Translations under genes and position numbers: made by a program
DNA from: Mytilus trossulus
Lineage: Eukaryota
Assembly (NCBI RefSeq): GCF_036588685.1
Contig: NC_086382.1
Span: 50,197,378 to 50,261,377 of the forward strand
Length of the DNA: 64,000 bases
Direction: 5' to 3'
The notes under the pieces: model-generated
Told to the model about the DNA's origin: nothing
What the model saw: the letters and a program-made list of their open reading frames with translations, nothing else
Databases searched by the model: none
Shown: piece after piece, positions 24,701 to 38,345 of the stretch
Layout of the letters: every line of letters begins with the position of its first letter
How positions within the stretch are numbered: the stretch's first letter is position 1

Positions 24701-25376
24701 TCTGTTTGCAAAATTAAGGCTTTAAATCTTTTTAAGGGGTTAAAACAGAGTTCAAATCAATGAATTTCAGCATATTATAGTTTTGAGGGACTTATCCTGA
24801 GGTTTGATTGCTGTTTTGAAATGTATAATTGCAGTTCACATAATTTAAGAAAAACATTGACAATGTTTTCATAAAAAATGTCAGACCAGGTGAAATAAAA
24901 TTTGGGATCCCTTTAGGATGACAATTAATTATCAGTTTTCAAAACGAAAAACAGTTAATTGGCATTTCTGGATTTAAGATAGGTGTGGAATAATTGTAAT
25001 TGAGACAAATATAAAAAAAAAAGTTTACTTTAAATGTTGATTATGTTTCATTAAAAATGCTAAAATAAGTCAGGCCTATAAAAGTAAGATACATTTTCAC
25101 CAAAACATGCCCCTTAAATACATGTATCCCTTTCATTATTTGAAAAGAGGACTTCTACAACTGCCGCTTTGAAAACAACGGTGTTATTTAATATAGAAGT
25201 CAACATTGTGGATGTTCTAGTCAGAATGGCAGGATCAAAGCACTACCTTGATTAGCTCATATTTTAGATATTAAAACTTTATCAAAAGCCTTATTAAAAT
25301 TAGATAATATACATTCTAATTGTGTAACAGTTTTATTACAAAATAATAAATAAATCTTGATATCATATATTTGTAG

Positions 25377-25449
25377 GGGTAAGGCATTGCAAGTTGATGA
25401 AGATGATGATGATGGTGATGGTGATGATAACAGAGGAATGATGACAAAG
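25377..25449 (+). CDS. Acidic exon (GKALQVDEDDDDGDGDDNRGMMTK)
   Basis: Acceptor tttgtag at 25376, donor aag|gtaaaa at 25449/25450. Restores phase 0. Confidence 0.4.
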
Positions 25450-26920
25450 GTAAAAAAAAATACAGGCTTAAAAAAAAGGCTAGAACTCAGATAATCAAAG
25501 GAACAAGTTCATTGAGCGATTGAATTATTCTTATTTTCTTTCTGACATGCAGTGTCTCTGTGTACTGTTTTAATATGAACAAAAAATAATAGAGTGCATT
25601 ATGAGGGATGGGGCACTACAGGATGGAGTTAAAGTCTTCCTTACTTTGAAAATATGAAATCATGAAATTATGTAAAAAGTAAAGCAAACAAAATACTGAA
25701 CTCAAAGGAAAATTCAAAACAGAAAGTTCCTTAACTATTGTCAAAATCAAAAGCTCAAACAAATCAAACGAATTGAAAACAACTGTCATATTTATAAAAG
25801 TAAGGAATAAAGTTTTTTGGCCCTTAACATCGGAAAAAAAATTCAGTGAAATAAATGAAGTTAAAATTTGATGATAACATTTGTTAAAATGTCAAATTGT
25901 TTCAGTTATACCAGATTTTCACAATAAAGTAATCAATGAAAATATCTTTTTATAAATCTCAATATACTAGTCAAATTTCAACAGTAAAATGACTTATTGC
26001 GACATATATTGACAATTTTTTCTTAAAACATCATGTGAAACCTGATCGCTTATTTGTTATTACCTGTTTTATTCGAGACTGCATTAGTGTAGAAAACACT
26101 TTTAGATACGTTTAAAACAAAGAGCAAAATCAAAAGTATGCAAATAAGATAAAATTTGCATATTTAACTGTTGTAGTTTACACAATTCTAGTATGATTTT
26201 TTTTTCTTCAATTTCTGTACAGTATAGTGCCACCCTAAGCTTACTAGTAATAAACAATAATTTTTCCACTGGTGTGCTACATTTACAAAACACCTTAAAA
26301 TCTTGAGACTGATAAGTATGTACATATGCCATTTTAAAATCGCTGTATAACAGATAGTAACCCAAGGGGTCTTGCCACTGAGACAATGACGGTACAGACC
26401 TCTGCCGGTCATTAGAACATACTAATTAATCATTGCTATTCCTTTTCATTTTAGTTCTATGTTTTAAGCAATAGGGCTATTAAATTGGGCATATGGAATG
26501 ACTGAAAGGTGTACATGTCTGTCTGGAAGGGTTCATATGACCTTGAACTAATTTTCATGGTTCCTTAGTCAATGTTAAGATTTTGTGGTTTGATCTGTTT
26601 CTCAGGTACTGAGTGATACAACCACCATGTCATGATTTTAAGGTGTACATGTATATCTGTCAAAATTCATTTGACCCTAGCATCATTTTCATAGAACATT
26701 GATAATGTTAACTTCATGTGATACTTGAAGCAAAATCATTATCTTACAGACTTTCAAGTCCTTTGAATATTGTTTCTATTGGCATAAATATTGATTTATT
26801 TTGTTTAATTAAAATCAAGTAATATACATATGCACACTCATGGCTCATTGTTTTGTGCATAAATCAAGCTATTAGGTTTTGTTGTGTGAATTGTTATACC
26901 TTAGCTATTTCTAGGCCTTT

Positions 26921-27050
26921 TATAGCTGACTATGCAGTATTGGTTTTGATTATTGTTGAATGGGATACAGCGACCCACAGTTGTTAACTTCTATGTCATT
27001 TGGTCTCTAATGGACAATCATCTCATTTGCAATCATAATACATCTTCATA
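26921..27050 (+). mobile_element. SINE/MITE-like dispersed repeat copy, directly followed by a 'tatgcccca…gggcattatg' family element
   Basis: Family alignment by eye. Confidence 0.6.
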
Positions 27051-27794
27051 TTTTTATGCCCCATTTATGGGCATTATGTTTCCTTGTCTGTCCGTCCATC
27101 CACCCATTTGAATTGCCCTGCTTCAGGTTAAAGTTTTTGGTCAAGGTAGTTTTTGATGAAGTTGAAGTCCATTCAACTTGAAACTTAGTAAACATGTTCC
27201 CTATGATATGATTTTTCTAATTTTAATGCCAAATTAGAAATTGTGTCCCATTTTTACGGTCCACTGAACATAGAAAATGATAGTGCGGATGGGGCATCCA
27301 TGTACTTGGGACACATTCTTGTTATATATATACATAAATACCAATGAGACATTTCAACATGTGTGCTCTTGTATTTAATTATGCACTCAAATTCAACCAG
27401 GTTTAGCTTATGTATCTCTTTATGTTAGTCATTGAATAGGAAAGGAAAATATTCAGTAAAGAAGATAGATATTAGACTAAATTATTAATGAGTTTTATAA
27501 TATATAATCAGTCTGTGTTGATGAGAACTGATGTATGTAAAGACAAGCTTTCAAGAGAACCAGCACAGCCAAGAGGATTTCTTTGCTGTAAAATATTCCT
27601 TATCTAGCAAAATAAAATTGATTAGTAAAATTAGTTGGTAAAATTAGCGTTTTAAAATTTGTAATATAACAGTTGATTTCGCTGAAAATAACCAGATGTA
27701 AAATCTATACATATATAACAACTTGTGAAGTATTTATTTTATTTTGTAATTTATTGTATGACACAGTCCTAATTAGTGTCACATCTCTTAACAG

Positions 27795-27893
27795 ACTAGT
27801 ACAATGGGGAGAAAAATGACAATGAGGACAACATCAGAACCAGATGCTCCAGCACCGCCCCCTCCCAGGGGTAAGGGGAGACAACCCCCAAAG
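27795..27893 (+). CDS. Pro/Arg exon (TSTMGRKMTMRTTSEPDAPAPPPPRGKGRQPPK)
   Basis: Acceptor ttaacag at 27794, donor aag|gtaagt at 27893/27894. 99 nt, phase 0-0. Confidence 0.4.
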
Positions 27894-28419
27894 GTAAGTC
27901 TCCAGAAAAAAACATCACTGATGATCACAATAAAATTGAGAATGGAAATGAGGAATGTGTCAAAGAGACAACAACCTCACCATAAAACAGACAACAACCT
28001 CACCATAGAACAGACAACAGCCCAAGGCCACCAACAGGTCCTCAATGCAGCGAGAAATTTCCACACCCGGAGGCGTCCTTCAACAAATTTTCTTCTGAAA
28101 TGTGACACAGAAGACATGATACATGTTGTGATGAAATTCACAGATGAAATATAGACCTATGTTAGATCATAGCAAATTGATTTTAAGTTCTTTTGAGTAG
28201 TATTCACTTATTTTCCGTATTTGAGGTTTGTATTAAAAGCAATTCTAAATGATCTTAGCAACAACTTATTGTCACTTTGCCAAAGTGAAAATATGAAAGA
28301 CTTACTGGTACATCTTCAATGATAACAAGTTCCTAAATTCTGAATTTACAATATGCAACACATCATCCCACAGGAAGATAAAAATTCTACAAATTTTAGA
28401 TATTTTATTTATTTGTCAG

Positions 28420-28500
28420 GCTGTAAAGAAGGTAGAGGAAACCCCAGCTCCTGTACCTCCTCCTCCTAGAGGGGGCAGAAGACCTCCTCCAGAACCCACG
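28420..28500 (+). CDS. Pro/Arg exon, paralogous to 27795 (AVKKVEETPAPVPPPPRGGRRPPPEPT)
   Basis: Acceptor tttgtcag at 28419, donor acg|gtaaaa at 28500/28501. 81 nt. Confidence 0.4.
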
Positions 28501-29147
28501 GTAAAATACAATAGAAGTTTGATATAGTAACAATAGGATAGGGATGTAGTCTCAGGGTTGCACGATTACTTGCTAGTTTGGTTTTCGACAGATTTTTAAT
28601 TTTTTGGTATTCTAGGTGATTTGGTATTAGGCATGTTTATATGATAGATTTTGTTAAAATGCACTAAACACTAAATGTAAAACAAAACAGTCATTTTTTT
28701 CTGATTTTTTTTTTTTTCATTAATTGCAAGAAATAAAATGAAAACTTTTGTGGAAAACATTTTTTTATCATTGTTTTAAATATATATTTAGTTCGAAAAT
28801 AGAGTTTGTAAGAGTCATGTTTTAAGCAAATATTTTAAATATATAAAGAAGTTCAACTTTAAGAGAATCTGTCCACTTATACCTTTTTGTACCGTGACCT
28901 TTTTTGTTTAATAGCTCTGAATAGTAATTTTTTAAAGTTTTGTGCAAAAGTTCAAAATAATGTTTGACAAAATCGTGGAGGTATCTATGATATATAAACT
29001 TTGTATTGGGGAAATAGAATGCAATGAAATTATCTTGCAATTATTTATTGGTGCATGCTATTGTATTATATACTAAATACTTTATATCACTTGCACTATG
29101 CATTTAAATGAACCAAAAACTGTGTATTTATTTATTTTCATTGGTCT

Positions 29148-31232
29148 CATTTTTATACGACCGCAAATTTTGAAAAAATTTTCGTCGTATACTGCTATCA
29201 CGTTTGCGTCGTCGTCGTCGTCGTCCGAATACTTTTAGTTTTCGCACTCTAACTTAAGTAAAAGTGAATAGAAATCTATGAAATTTTAACACAAGGTTTA
29301 TGACAATAAAAGGAAGGCTGGTATTGATTTTGGGAGTTTTGGTCCCAACATTTTAGGAATTAGGGGCCAAAAAGGGCCCAAATAAGCATTTTCTTGGTTT
29401 TCGCACTATAACTTTAGTTTAAGTTAATAGAAATCTATGAAATTTTGACACAAGGTTTATGACCACAAAAGAAAGGTTGGGATTGATTTTGGGAGTTTTG
29501 GTTTCAACAGTTTAGGAATTAGGGGCCACAAAAGGGCCCAAATAAGCATTATTTTTGGTTTTCGCACAATAACTTTAGTTAAAGTAAATAGAAATCAATG
29601 AAATTTAAACACAATGTTTATGACCACAAAAGGAAGGTTGGTATTGATTTTGGGAGTTTCGGTCCCAACAGTTTAGGAATTAGGGGCCAAAAAGGGACCC
29701 AAATAAGCATTTTTCTTGGTTTTCGCACCATAGCGTTAGTATAAGTAAATAGAAATCTATGAAATTTAAACACAAGGTTTATGACTATAAAAGGAAGGTT
29801 GGTATTGATTTTGGGAGTTTTGGTCCCAACATTTTAGGAATTAGGGGCCAAAAAGGGCCCAAATAAGCATTTTCTTGGTTTTCGCACTATAACTTTAGTT
29901 TAAGTTAATAGAAATCTATGAAATTTTGACACAAGGTTTATGACCACAAAAGAAAGGTTGGGATTGATTTTGGGAGTTTTGGTTTCAACAGTTTAGGAAT
30001 TAGGGGCCACAAAAGGGCCCAAATAAGCATTATTTTTGGTTTTCGCACAATAACTTTAGTTAAAGTAAATAGAAATCAATGAAATTTAAACACAATGTTT
30101 ATGACCACAAAAGGAAGGTTGGTATTGATTTTGGGAGTTTCGGTCCCAACAGTTTAGGAATTAGGGGCCAAAAAGGGACCCAAATAAGCATTTTTCTTGG
30201 TTTTCGCACCATAGCGTTAGTATAAGTAAATAGAAATCTATGAAATTTAAACACAAGGTTTATGACTATAAAAGGAAGGTTGGTATTGATTTTGGGAGTT
30301 TTGGTCCCAACAGTTAAGGAAAAAGGGGCCCAAAGGGTCCAAAATTAAACTTTGTTTGATTTCATCAAAATTGAATAATTGGGGTTCTTTAATATGCCGA
30401 ATCTAACTGTGTATGTAGATTCTTAATTTTTGGTCCCTTTTTCAAATTGGTCTACATTAAGGTCCAAAGGGTCCAAAATTAAACTTAGTTTGATTTTAAC
30501 AAAAATTGAAACCTGGGGGTTCTTTGATATGCTGAATCTAAAAATGTACTTAGATTTTTGATTATTGACCCAGTTTTCAAGTTGGCCCAAATCGAGGTCC
30601 AAAATTAAACATTGTTTGATTTCATCAAAAATTGAATAATTGGGGTTCTTTGATATGCCAAATCTAACTGTGTATGTAGATTCTTAATTTTTGGTCCAGT
30701 TTTAAAATTGGTCTAAATTAAAGTGCAAAGGGTCCAAAATTAAACTAAGTTTGATTTTAACAAAAATTAAATTCTTGGGCCTCTTTGATATGCTGAATCT
30801 AAACATGTACTTAGATTTTTGATTATGGGCCCAGTTTTCAAGTTGGTCCTAATCCGGATCTAAAATTATTATATTAAGTATTGTGCAATAGCAAGTCTTT
30901 TCAATTGCACAGTATTGTGCAATGGCAAGAAATATCTAATTTCACAATATTGTGAAATAGCAAATTTTTTTTTAATTAAGAGTTATCTTTCTTTGTCCAG
31001 TATAGTAAGCAAGAAATATCTGCAAGAATTTTTTTTAATTGGAGTTATCTTTCTTTGTCCATAATCAACTTAAATCTTTGTTATATACAATATACAATGT
31101 TTATTAACTTTTTACTACCAACTGATAAATTTAAAGAATCCAGCTTGAATGTTGTGTCCATACTTGCCCCAACCGTTCAGGGTTCAACCTCTGCGGGGTA
31201 TAAAGCTACGCCCTGCGGAGCATCTGGTTAGA
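29148..31232 (+). mobile_element. Composite element, copy 1: head 'tttttatacgaccgcaaattttg…(gtc)6', ~160-bp satellite in a 3-variant higher-order array, ~130-bp 'ggtccaaaattaaac' satellite, 33-bp 'attgcacagtattgcgcaat' repeats, and tail '…gcttgaatgttgtgtccatacttgccccaaccgttcagggttcaacctctgcgg…'
   Basis: Near-identical architecture at 35296-37222, and 5' portion at 44597-45660. Internal 480-bp period visible (29260~29740~30220). Confidence 0.7.
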
Positions 31233-31819
31233 ATTTTAATAACTTTCTTTAAACTATCCTGGGTTTGTACCAAACTTGGACAGAAGCTTATTTATGATCA
31301 TAAGATAGTATCCAGAAGTAAATTTTGTAAAAAATTAAATCAATTTTTTTTGTATTTTACTTTTAAATGGACTTAGATTTTCTTCCAGTTAACATTACAT
31401 ACAGTCTGCAGTTAAAGTTATCAAACATTTATTAGATTCATTAACCATCCTAGATTTTTACCAATCTTGGACAGAAGCCTCTTACAATCAATAGATAGTA
31501 TCAAGAGGAATATTTTTATTGATTTTTTTCCTCACTTTTGTTGAGCCTGCGATTTACAGCAAAAGTAGGCGAGACACTGGGTTCCGTGGAACCCTTACAA
31601 ATTTTTAGTTCTGTAGATACATTAGGCAAATGTTGTTGTTTTTATTTGTTTGATTGTTTTGAGTTTTGTTATTTCTGGGGGTTTTTTCCACCCTAATGTA
31701 CATTATGGATTTTGCTCATTGTTGAAGGCTGTAAAGTCACTACAGTGATATTTAGTTTCTTTCATGTCATTTGGTCTCTAGTGGTTAGTTGTCTCACTAG
31801 AAATCATGCAACATCCCAT

Positions 31820-32470
31820 TTTTTATGCCCCACCTACAATAGTAAAGGGGTATTATATTTTCTGGTCTGTGGCTTTGTTTCGTTCATCCATCTGTTTGTT
31901 CGTCCGTCTGTTCGTTCGTTCGCAGGTTAAAGTTTTTGGTCAAGGTAGTTTTTTATGAAGCTGAAGTACAATCAACTTGAAACTTAGTACACTTGTTGCT
32001 TATGATATGATCTTTCTAATTCTAAAGCCAAATTAGACCTTTGAGTCTTTGACCCACATTTCATGGTCAACTGAACATAGAAAATGAAAGTGAGAGTTTC
32101 AGGTTAAAGTTTTTGGTCAAGGTAGTTTTTGATGAAGCTGAAGTACAATCAACTTGAAACTTAGTACACTTGTTGCTTATGATATGATTTTTCTAATCTT
32201 AAAGCCAAATTAGACTTTTGACTCCAATTTCACGGTCCACTGAACATAGAAAATGAAAGTGGGAGTTTCAGGTTAAAGTTTTTGGTCAAGGTAGTTTTTG
32301 ATGAAGCTGAAGTCCAATCGACTCGAAATTTAGTACACTTGATGCTTATGATATGACCTTTTTAATTTTAAAGCCAAATTAGACTTTTGATCCAATTTCA
32401 CGGTTCATGGAACATGGAAAATGATAGTGCCAGTGGGGCATCCCTATACTTTGGACACATTCTTGTTATT
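31820..32470 (+). mobile_element. Same 'tatgcccca…gggcattat' repeat family, copy with 3 internal tandem units
   Basis: Seen in sequence. Confidence 0.6.
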
Positions 32471-33956
32471 ACTCATTCCTGCCATAGAGGGTTCACATGG
32501 CTTTAACCTCATTTTATTACCTCAATTGCAATGTTAAGATTTCAATGTAAAGTCAATATCTTAGATACAATGAGCAATGAATCAACTACATTTGATGCAG
32601 GTAATGATTGTATGGTGTACATATGTTTTGCCAAGTTCATCCCTCCTTGATATCATCATCATGTTCATGGTTCATCAGTCAAAGTTTTTATGGTTATACT
32701 ATTAATAGAAGGTCAACTATATTTGGTCTATGGACTGATTGTAAGATGTACTGATAGTCTAACAGTGGTTTAACCTAGAGCTAATTTTTTAGACCATTGT
32801 CAACATTAAGTTTTCCCTGCTAGGTAAGTTTCTCAAATTTTATAAGTAAAAGATTTACTCTATTTGGTGTATGGAATGATTGTAAGGTGTGCATGTCTGC
32901 CCATTGGGTTCATCTGGCCTGTACCATATTCAATCATGATATGTATAGCAGGCAAGACTTTTCAGTATGTGCATTCTTGCATGTAATCTTAAATTTATCT
33001 GTCATGTACGTATTACCCAAGCAAAACTGCAAGATTATAACTTCCTTTTTAGAACATAAATGAAAATTAAAACAATCCCACCTGCGCTTTCTCAAAGAAA
33101 CTTTTACAGTGGGCTGTACTACTTTTGGGACAAATTATATCAAAATTATAGAAAACTTCATCGGCTCTAACTAAAAAAATGGACAATTTTATGTTTAGGG
33201 CGTCTTGAAATCTTTTGACAGCTTCTGAAGTGCTATTTTTCAACCTTTTAACCTGGACCAAATTACTACTTTCCTTTAAAATTCTGGACCCAAATTTTTT
33301 TAGTGTAATTTCACCCCCCTACTTGCAATTTGAGGCATTGAACATGGAGAAATAAATTTGGAAGGGGTATAAAAATTAATGGCAAGTACCCCACTGTCAA
33401 CACTAAGGACTATAATGTATTTGTGAAAAACGAAAATCAAGGGACAACAATTGTGGTCTCGTACCTATTGTATGGACTTGAGTGTAGAAGTCTGAAAACC
33501 ACAAATGCCTTTTTGTTCATGCAATGGAATTCGTTTTATCTTTTTGAAAAGAAAAAAAAAAAACATTTTTTAACTCCATGAATAATTTAATCATCAGATA
33601 AATACTGTAGGCATAACTCTATGAAAGCATTGTGAAACATAAGTTTCAATATTTAAAAAAAAAAGAGAATTAAAAGTATAAAGAAATTGTTTAAGAGGAG
33701 AAAATTTTCCTGAGTTTCAGTTAATTTACAAATGATGCAAACTGGTGGTATAGCCTACTACCTATTATGAATAAAATTTGTCACTTTTAAAACTTTAAAA
33801 AAAAAAATGAGATTTAATAATAATATTAAATTTTTGTAATACTGCTAATATTTTAAACACATATACAATCTACAGAAAATTTGTAATGAAAGGAACTTCA
33901 GACTGAAGTCAGCAAACATTATTTTCTGTATAAAAGTAAAGGTAATATGGAATGTT

Positions 33957-35290
33957 TTAACATCCTGATATGGTCACTTGATATATCTTGGCCTCCTTGG
34001 TTGTTCTGCCTAATGGTCTGCCACATCCTATGTAGAGTTGTCCTCTTGGAGAGAATGCAAGAGAAAGTGGTAACATTATGTTATTGTCACTTGTTTTATA
34101 ACTTGTCATCAGCAGGCCAGCATTAGTCAGGATATAAAGTGCATGAGAACCTGGATCAGCTACTATAACATTGTCTCTAGGTGTTATCACTATGACTGTT
34201 GGATAGAATGATCTCTCTTTGTTGATCTCTGTATCTCCTGTATAGATATTGATGATATCCCCACCCTGTCCTAACACTACTACTCTACCCCTGACATCAC
34301 TTACTTTATCCACCACATGAATATTTCCATTACTGGTACTGGTTATTCTCCCTGGAAAGATGAATAAAGGTTGTTTATGTTGATCATGTTCATACACTCT
34401 CTCATGGTCTCCTTTCTGATTCATGCATATTACCACTCTTCTTCCACGTTCAGGGTAGTCACTATTAACACCTGCTACTATAACTTTATTGTCACTGGTG
34501 ATATGGACTGCTGTAGCAAGGAATGATGACATATTATATGCCGAGTCTGTTAATGTACCTGTATACTATTACTGATTTGTTTCAGTCTTGATTCCACTGT
34601 AGTTATAAGTAAAATATTTGATTGAGTAACAGCCATATCATGAACCTTCATATTAAAGTTGGAAAGTATGTTCAGTTTATTTTCTCCTGGCTTTACTTTC
34701 TGTATTACATTATCCATCCCACTCCCTATCCACAATGTTGTATCAGGATCAGTACACATATATCCTACAGCTGAGAGGTTTGTTTGATGTGTTTCATTTA
34801 TTACTATGGCTACACCCAATTCAGCAGTGGGTTTCTGATCACTTAGTAAACCTCCAACATTGGACTGAGTGATCACCCCTGGATTAAATATTGGAATAGA
34901 TTGGTATTCTTCTTTTGTAATTGGAGTTTGCGCTTCAATGGATTTTTCAATCCTTTTCATTTCTTGAAAGTACTTTGTAGTGTCGGTAGTATTTATGAAA
35001 TCTTCCATTTCACCATTTTTGTAGTCTAATTCATTTATGGAGCTGTTGATGGTATCGAGATCCTGTTCAATGGATTGTAGAATATCCTTCTTAGACTGAT
35101 CCAAGTCAGTTACAAGCTTGTCAATGTGCTGGTCAACTGCTTTGTGTAAAACTTTCCCATGGGTAAGAATATCTTGCTTCACTTTTGAATGCTTTAAAGT
35201 TTTATCAACTATAAGTTTATCTAAAATATCTTTTTTCATAACAACATTTTTTTTATCCTTTTGTATTTCACTTTGACCTTCCTTCAGTTT
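33957..35290 (-). pseudogene. TRIM-NHL family gene fragment (coiled-coil plus NHL repeats). N-terminus replaced by a satellite-bearing element; internal frameshift near 34533-34549
   Basis: ORFs 34550-35347(-) and 33957-34532(-). NHL-type repeats (…VIVAGVNSDYPERGRRVVICM…, …YILTNAGLL…, …QLYIGCG…). No RING/B-box. Homology to the TRIM-NHL satellite boundary stops abruptly at 35290. Confidence 0.55.
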
Positions 35291-35295
35291 GTCCA

Positions 35296-37222
35296 TTTTT
35301 ATATGACCGCAAATTTTGAAAAAAATTTCGTCGTATATTGCTATCACGTTGGCGTCGTCGTCGTCGTCGTCCGAATACTTTTAGTTTTCGCATTCTAACT
35401 TTAGTAAAAGTGGATATAAATCTATAAAATTTTATCACAAGGTTTATGACCACAAAAGGAAGGTTGGTATAGATTTTGGGAGTTTTGGTCCCAACATTTT
35501 AGGAATTAGGGGCCAAAAGGGCCCAAATAAGCATTTTCTTGGTTTTCGCACTTTAACTTTAGTTTAAGTTAATAGAAATCTATGAAATTTTGACACAAGG
35601 TTTATGACCACAAAAGAAAGGTTGGGATTGATTTTGGGAGTTTGTAGGAATTAGGGGCCAAAAAAGGGCCCAAATAAGCATTATTCTTGGTTTTCGCACA
35701 ATAACTTTAGTTTAAGTAAATAGAAAATAATGAAATTTAAACACAATGTTTATGACCACAAAAGGAAGGTTGGGATTGATTTTGGGAGTTTAGGTCCCAA
35801 CAGTTTAGGAATTAGGGGCCAAAAAGGGACCCAAATAAGCATTTTTCTTGGTTTTCGCACCATAACTTTAGTATAAGTAAATAGAAATCTATGAAATTTA
35901 AACACAAGGTTTATGACCATAAAAGGAAGGTTGGTAATGATTTTGGGAGTTTTGGTCCAAACAGTTTAGGAATAAGGGGCCCAAAGGGTCCAAAATTAAA
36001 CTTTGTTTGATTTCATCAAAATTGAATAATTGGGGTTCTTTGATATGCCGAATCTAACTGTGTATGTAGATTTTTAACTTTTGGTCCCGTTTTCAAATTG
36101 GTCTACATTAAGGTCCAAAGGGTCCAAAATTAAACTTCGTTTGATTTTGACAAAAAATTAATCGGTTGGGTTCTTTGATATGCTGAATCTAAAAATGTAC
36201 TTAGATTCTTGATTATCGGCCCAGTTTTCAAGTTGGTCCAATTAAACTTTGTTTGATTTCATCAAAAATTGAATAAATGGGGTTCTTTGATATGCCAAAT
36301 CTAACTGTGTATGTAGATTCCTCATTTTTGGTCTTGTTTTCAAATTGGTCTACATTAAAGTCCAAAGGGTCCAAAATTAAACTTAGTTTGATTTTAACAA
36401 AAATTGAAATCTTGGGGTTCTTTGATATGCTGAATCCAAACATGTACTTAGATTTTTGATTATGGGCCCAGTTTTCAAGTTTGTCCAAATCAGGATATAA
36501 AATTATTATATTAAGTTTTGTGCAATAGCAAGTCTTTTCAATTGCACAGTATTGCGCAATGGCAAGAAATATCTTATTGCAAAATATTGTGAAATAGCAA
36601 TTTTGTTTTTAATTAGAGTTATCTTTCTTTGTCCAGAATAGTAAGCAAGAAATATCTAATTGTAAGAATTTTTTTTATTTGGAGTTATCTTTCTTTGTCC
36701 AGAATCAACTTAAATCTTTGTTATATATACAATATACAATGTATATTCACTTTTTACTACCAACTGATAAATTAAAATAATCTTTACCATTCAGTGATAA
36801 CAAGCAGTTTTTTTACATCTTAATATTTTATGATGTATTTAAATGAGTAGTAATTGTTGCAAACTCCATTAGAAATTTTAATTGAGATTAGTTTTGGAAT
36901 TAGGGAAAGGGGGATGTGATTAAAAAAATTGGGTTCAATTTTCTCATTTGAAATTTCATAAATAAAAAGAAAATTTCTTCAAACATTTTTTTGAGAGGAA
37001 TAATATTCAACAGCATAGTGAATTGCTCTAAGAGAAAACAAAAATTTTAATTTCATTAGAACACATTCATTCTGTGTCAGAAACCTATGCTGTGTCAACT
37101 ATTTAATCACAATCCAAATTTAGAGCTGAATCCAGCTTGAATGTTGTGTCCATACTTGCCCCAACCGTTCAGGGTTCAACCTCTGCGGTCGTATAAAGCT
37201 ATGCCCTGCGGAGCATCTAGTT
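35296..37222 (+). mobile_element. Composite satellite-bearing element, copy 2. Abuts and truncates the TRIM-NHL fragment
   Basis: Same head, satellite blocks and tail as copy 1. Confidence 0.7.
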
Positions 37223-37552
37223 AATATATTGAAAAATAAATGGAGTAAAAAAGATGATAATAAATTGCATGAAATTAAACCTAATTTAGGCAAACCTTTT
37301 AATAATATTATGTGCAGAAAAGATCAGTGTGTTATTACTAGATATATTTCGTATTGGTCATACTAGAATAACACACGAGTATCTTTTGAAAAATGAAGAT
37401 GAACCACAATGTGTACCTTGCAACTGCAAGTATACTATTAAACATGTTTTAATTAATTGTATTGACTTTGCTGATATTCGTAAGAAGCATTTCAATGTCA
37501 ATAATATGTATGATTTATTTAATAATGTTCCATTTACAAATATTGTTGCTTT

Positions 37553-38345
37553 TTAGCTCACCTGGCCCAAAGGGCCAAGTGAGCTTTTCTCATCACTTGG
37601 CGTCCGTCGTCCGTCGTCGTCCTGCGTCCGGCGTTAACTTTTACAAAAATCTTCTCCTCTGAAACTACTGGGCCAAATTTAACCAAACTTGGCCACAATC
37701 ATCTTTGGGGTATCTAGTTTAAAAATTGTGTCCGGTGACCCGGCCAACCAACCAAGATGGCCGCCATGGCTAAAAATAGAACATAGGGGTAAAATGCAGT
37801 TTTTGGCTTATAACTCAAAAACCAAAGCATTTAAAGCAAATCTGGCATGGGGTTAAATTGTTAATCAGGTTAAGATCTATCTGTCCTGAAATTTTCAGAT
37901 GAATTGGATCATCAGTTGTTAGGTTGCTGCCCCTGAATTGGAAATTTTGAGGAAATTTTGCTGTTTTTTTGTTATTATCTTGAATATTGTTAAAGATAGA
38001 GATAAACTGTAAACAGCATTAATATACAGCAAAGTAAGAACTAAAAATTAGTCAACATGACCAAAATAGTCGATGACCCCCTAAGGAGTTATTGCCCTTC
38101 ATAGTTAATTTTTAACTATTTTCACAAAATTTGTAGATTTTCTCTAGCATTTTCCACAGAAACTACTGTTATAGAAAGAGATAATTGTAAGCAGCAAAAA
38201 TGTTTAGTAAAGTAAGATCTGAGTACAAACACATCACCATCACCAAAACACAATTTTGTCATGAATCCATCTGTGTACAATGTTTAATATTAACATAAAA
38301 CCAAGGTGAGCGACACAGGCTCTTTAGAGCCTCTAGTTTTACAAT
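37553..38345 (+). mobile_element. Tandem-array element, family 'SL', 1 unit (head agctcacctggcccaaagggccaagtgagc…, tail …ccaaggtgagcgacacaggctctttagagcctctag)
   Basis: Family members at 38975-40237 and 42000-43845. Conserved core '…ggccaaccaaccaagatggccgccatggctaaaaatagaacatag…'. Confidence 0.65.
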
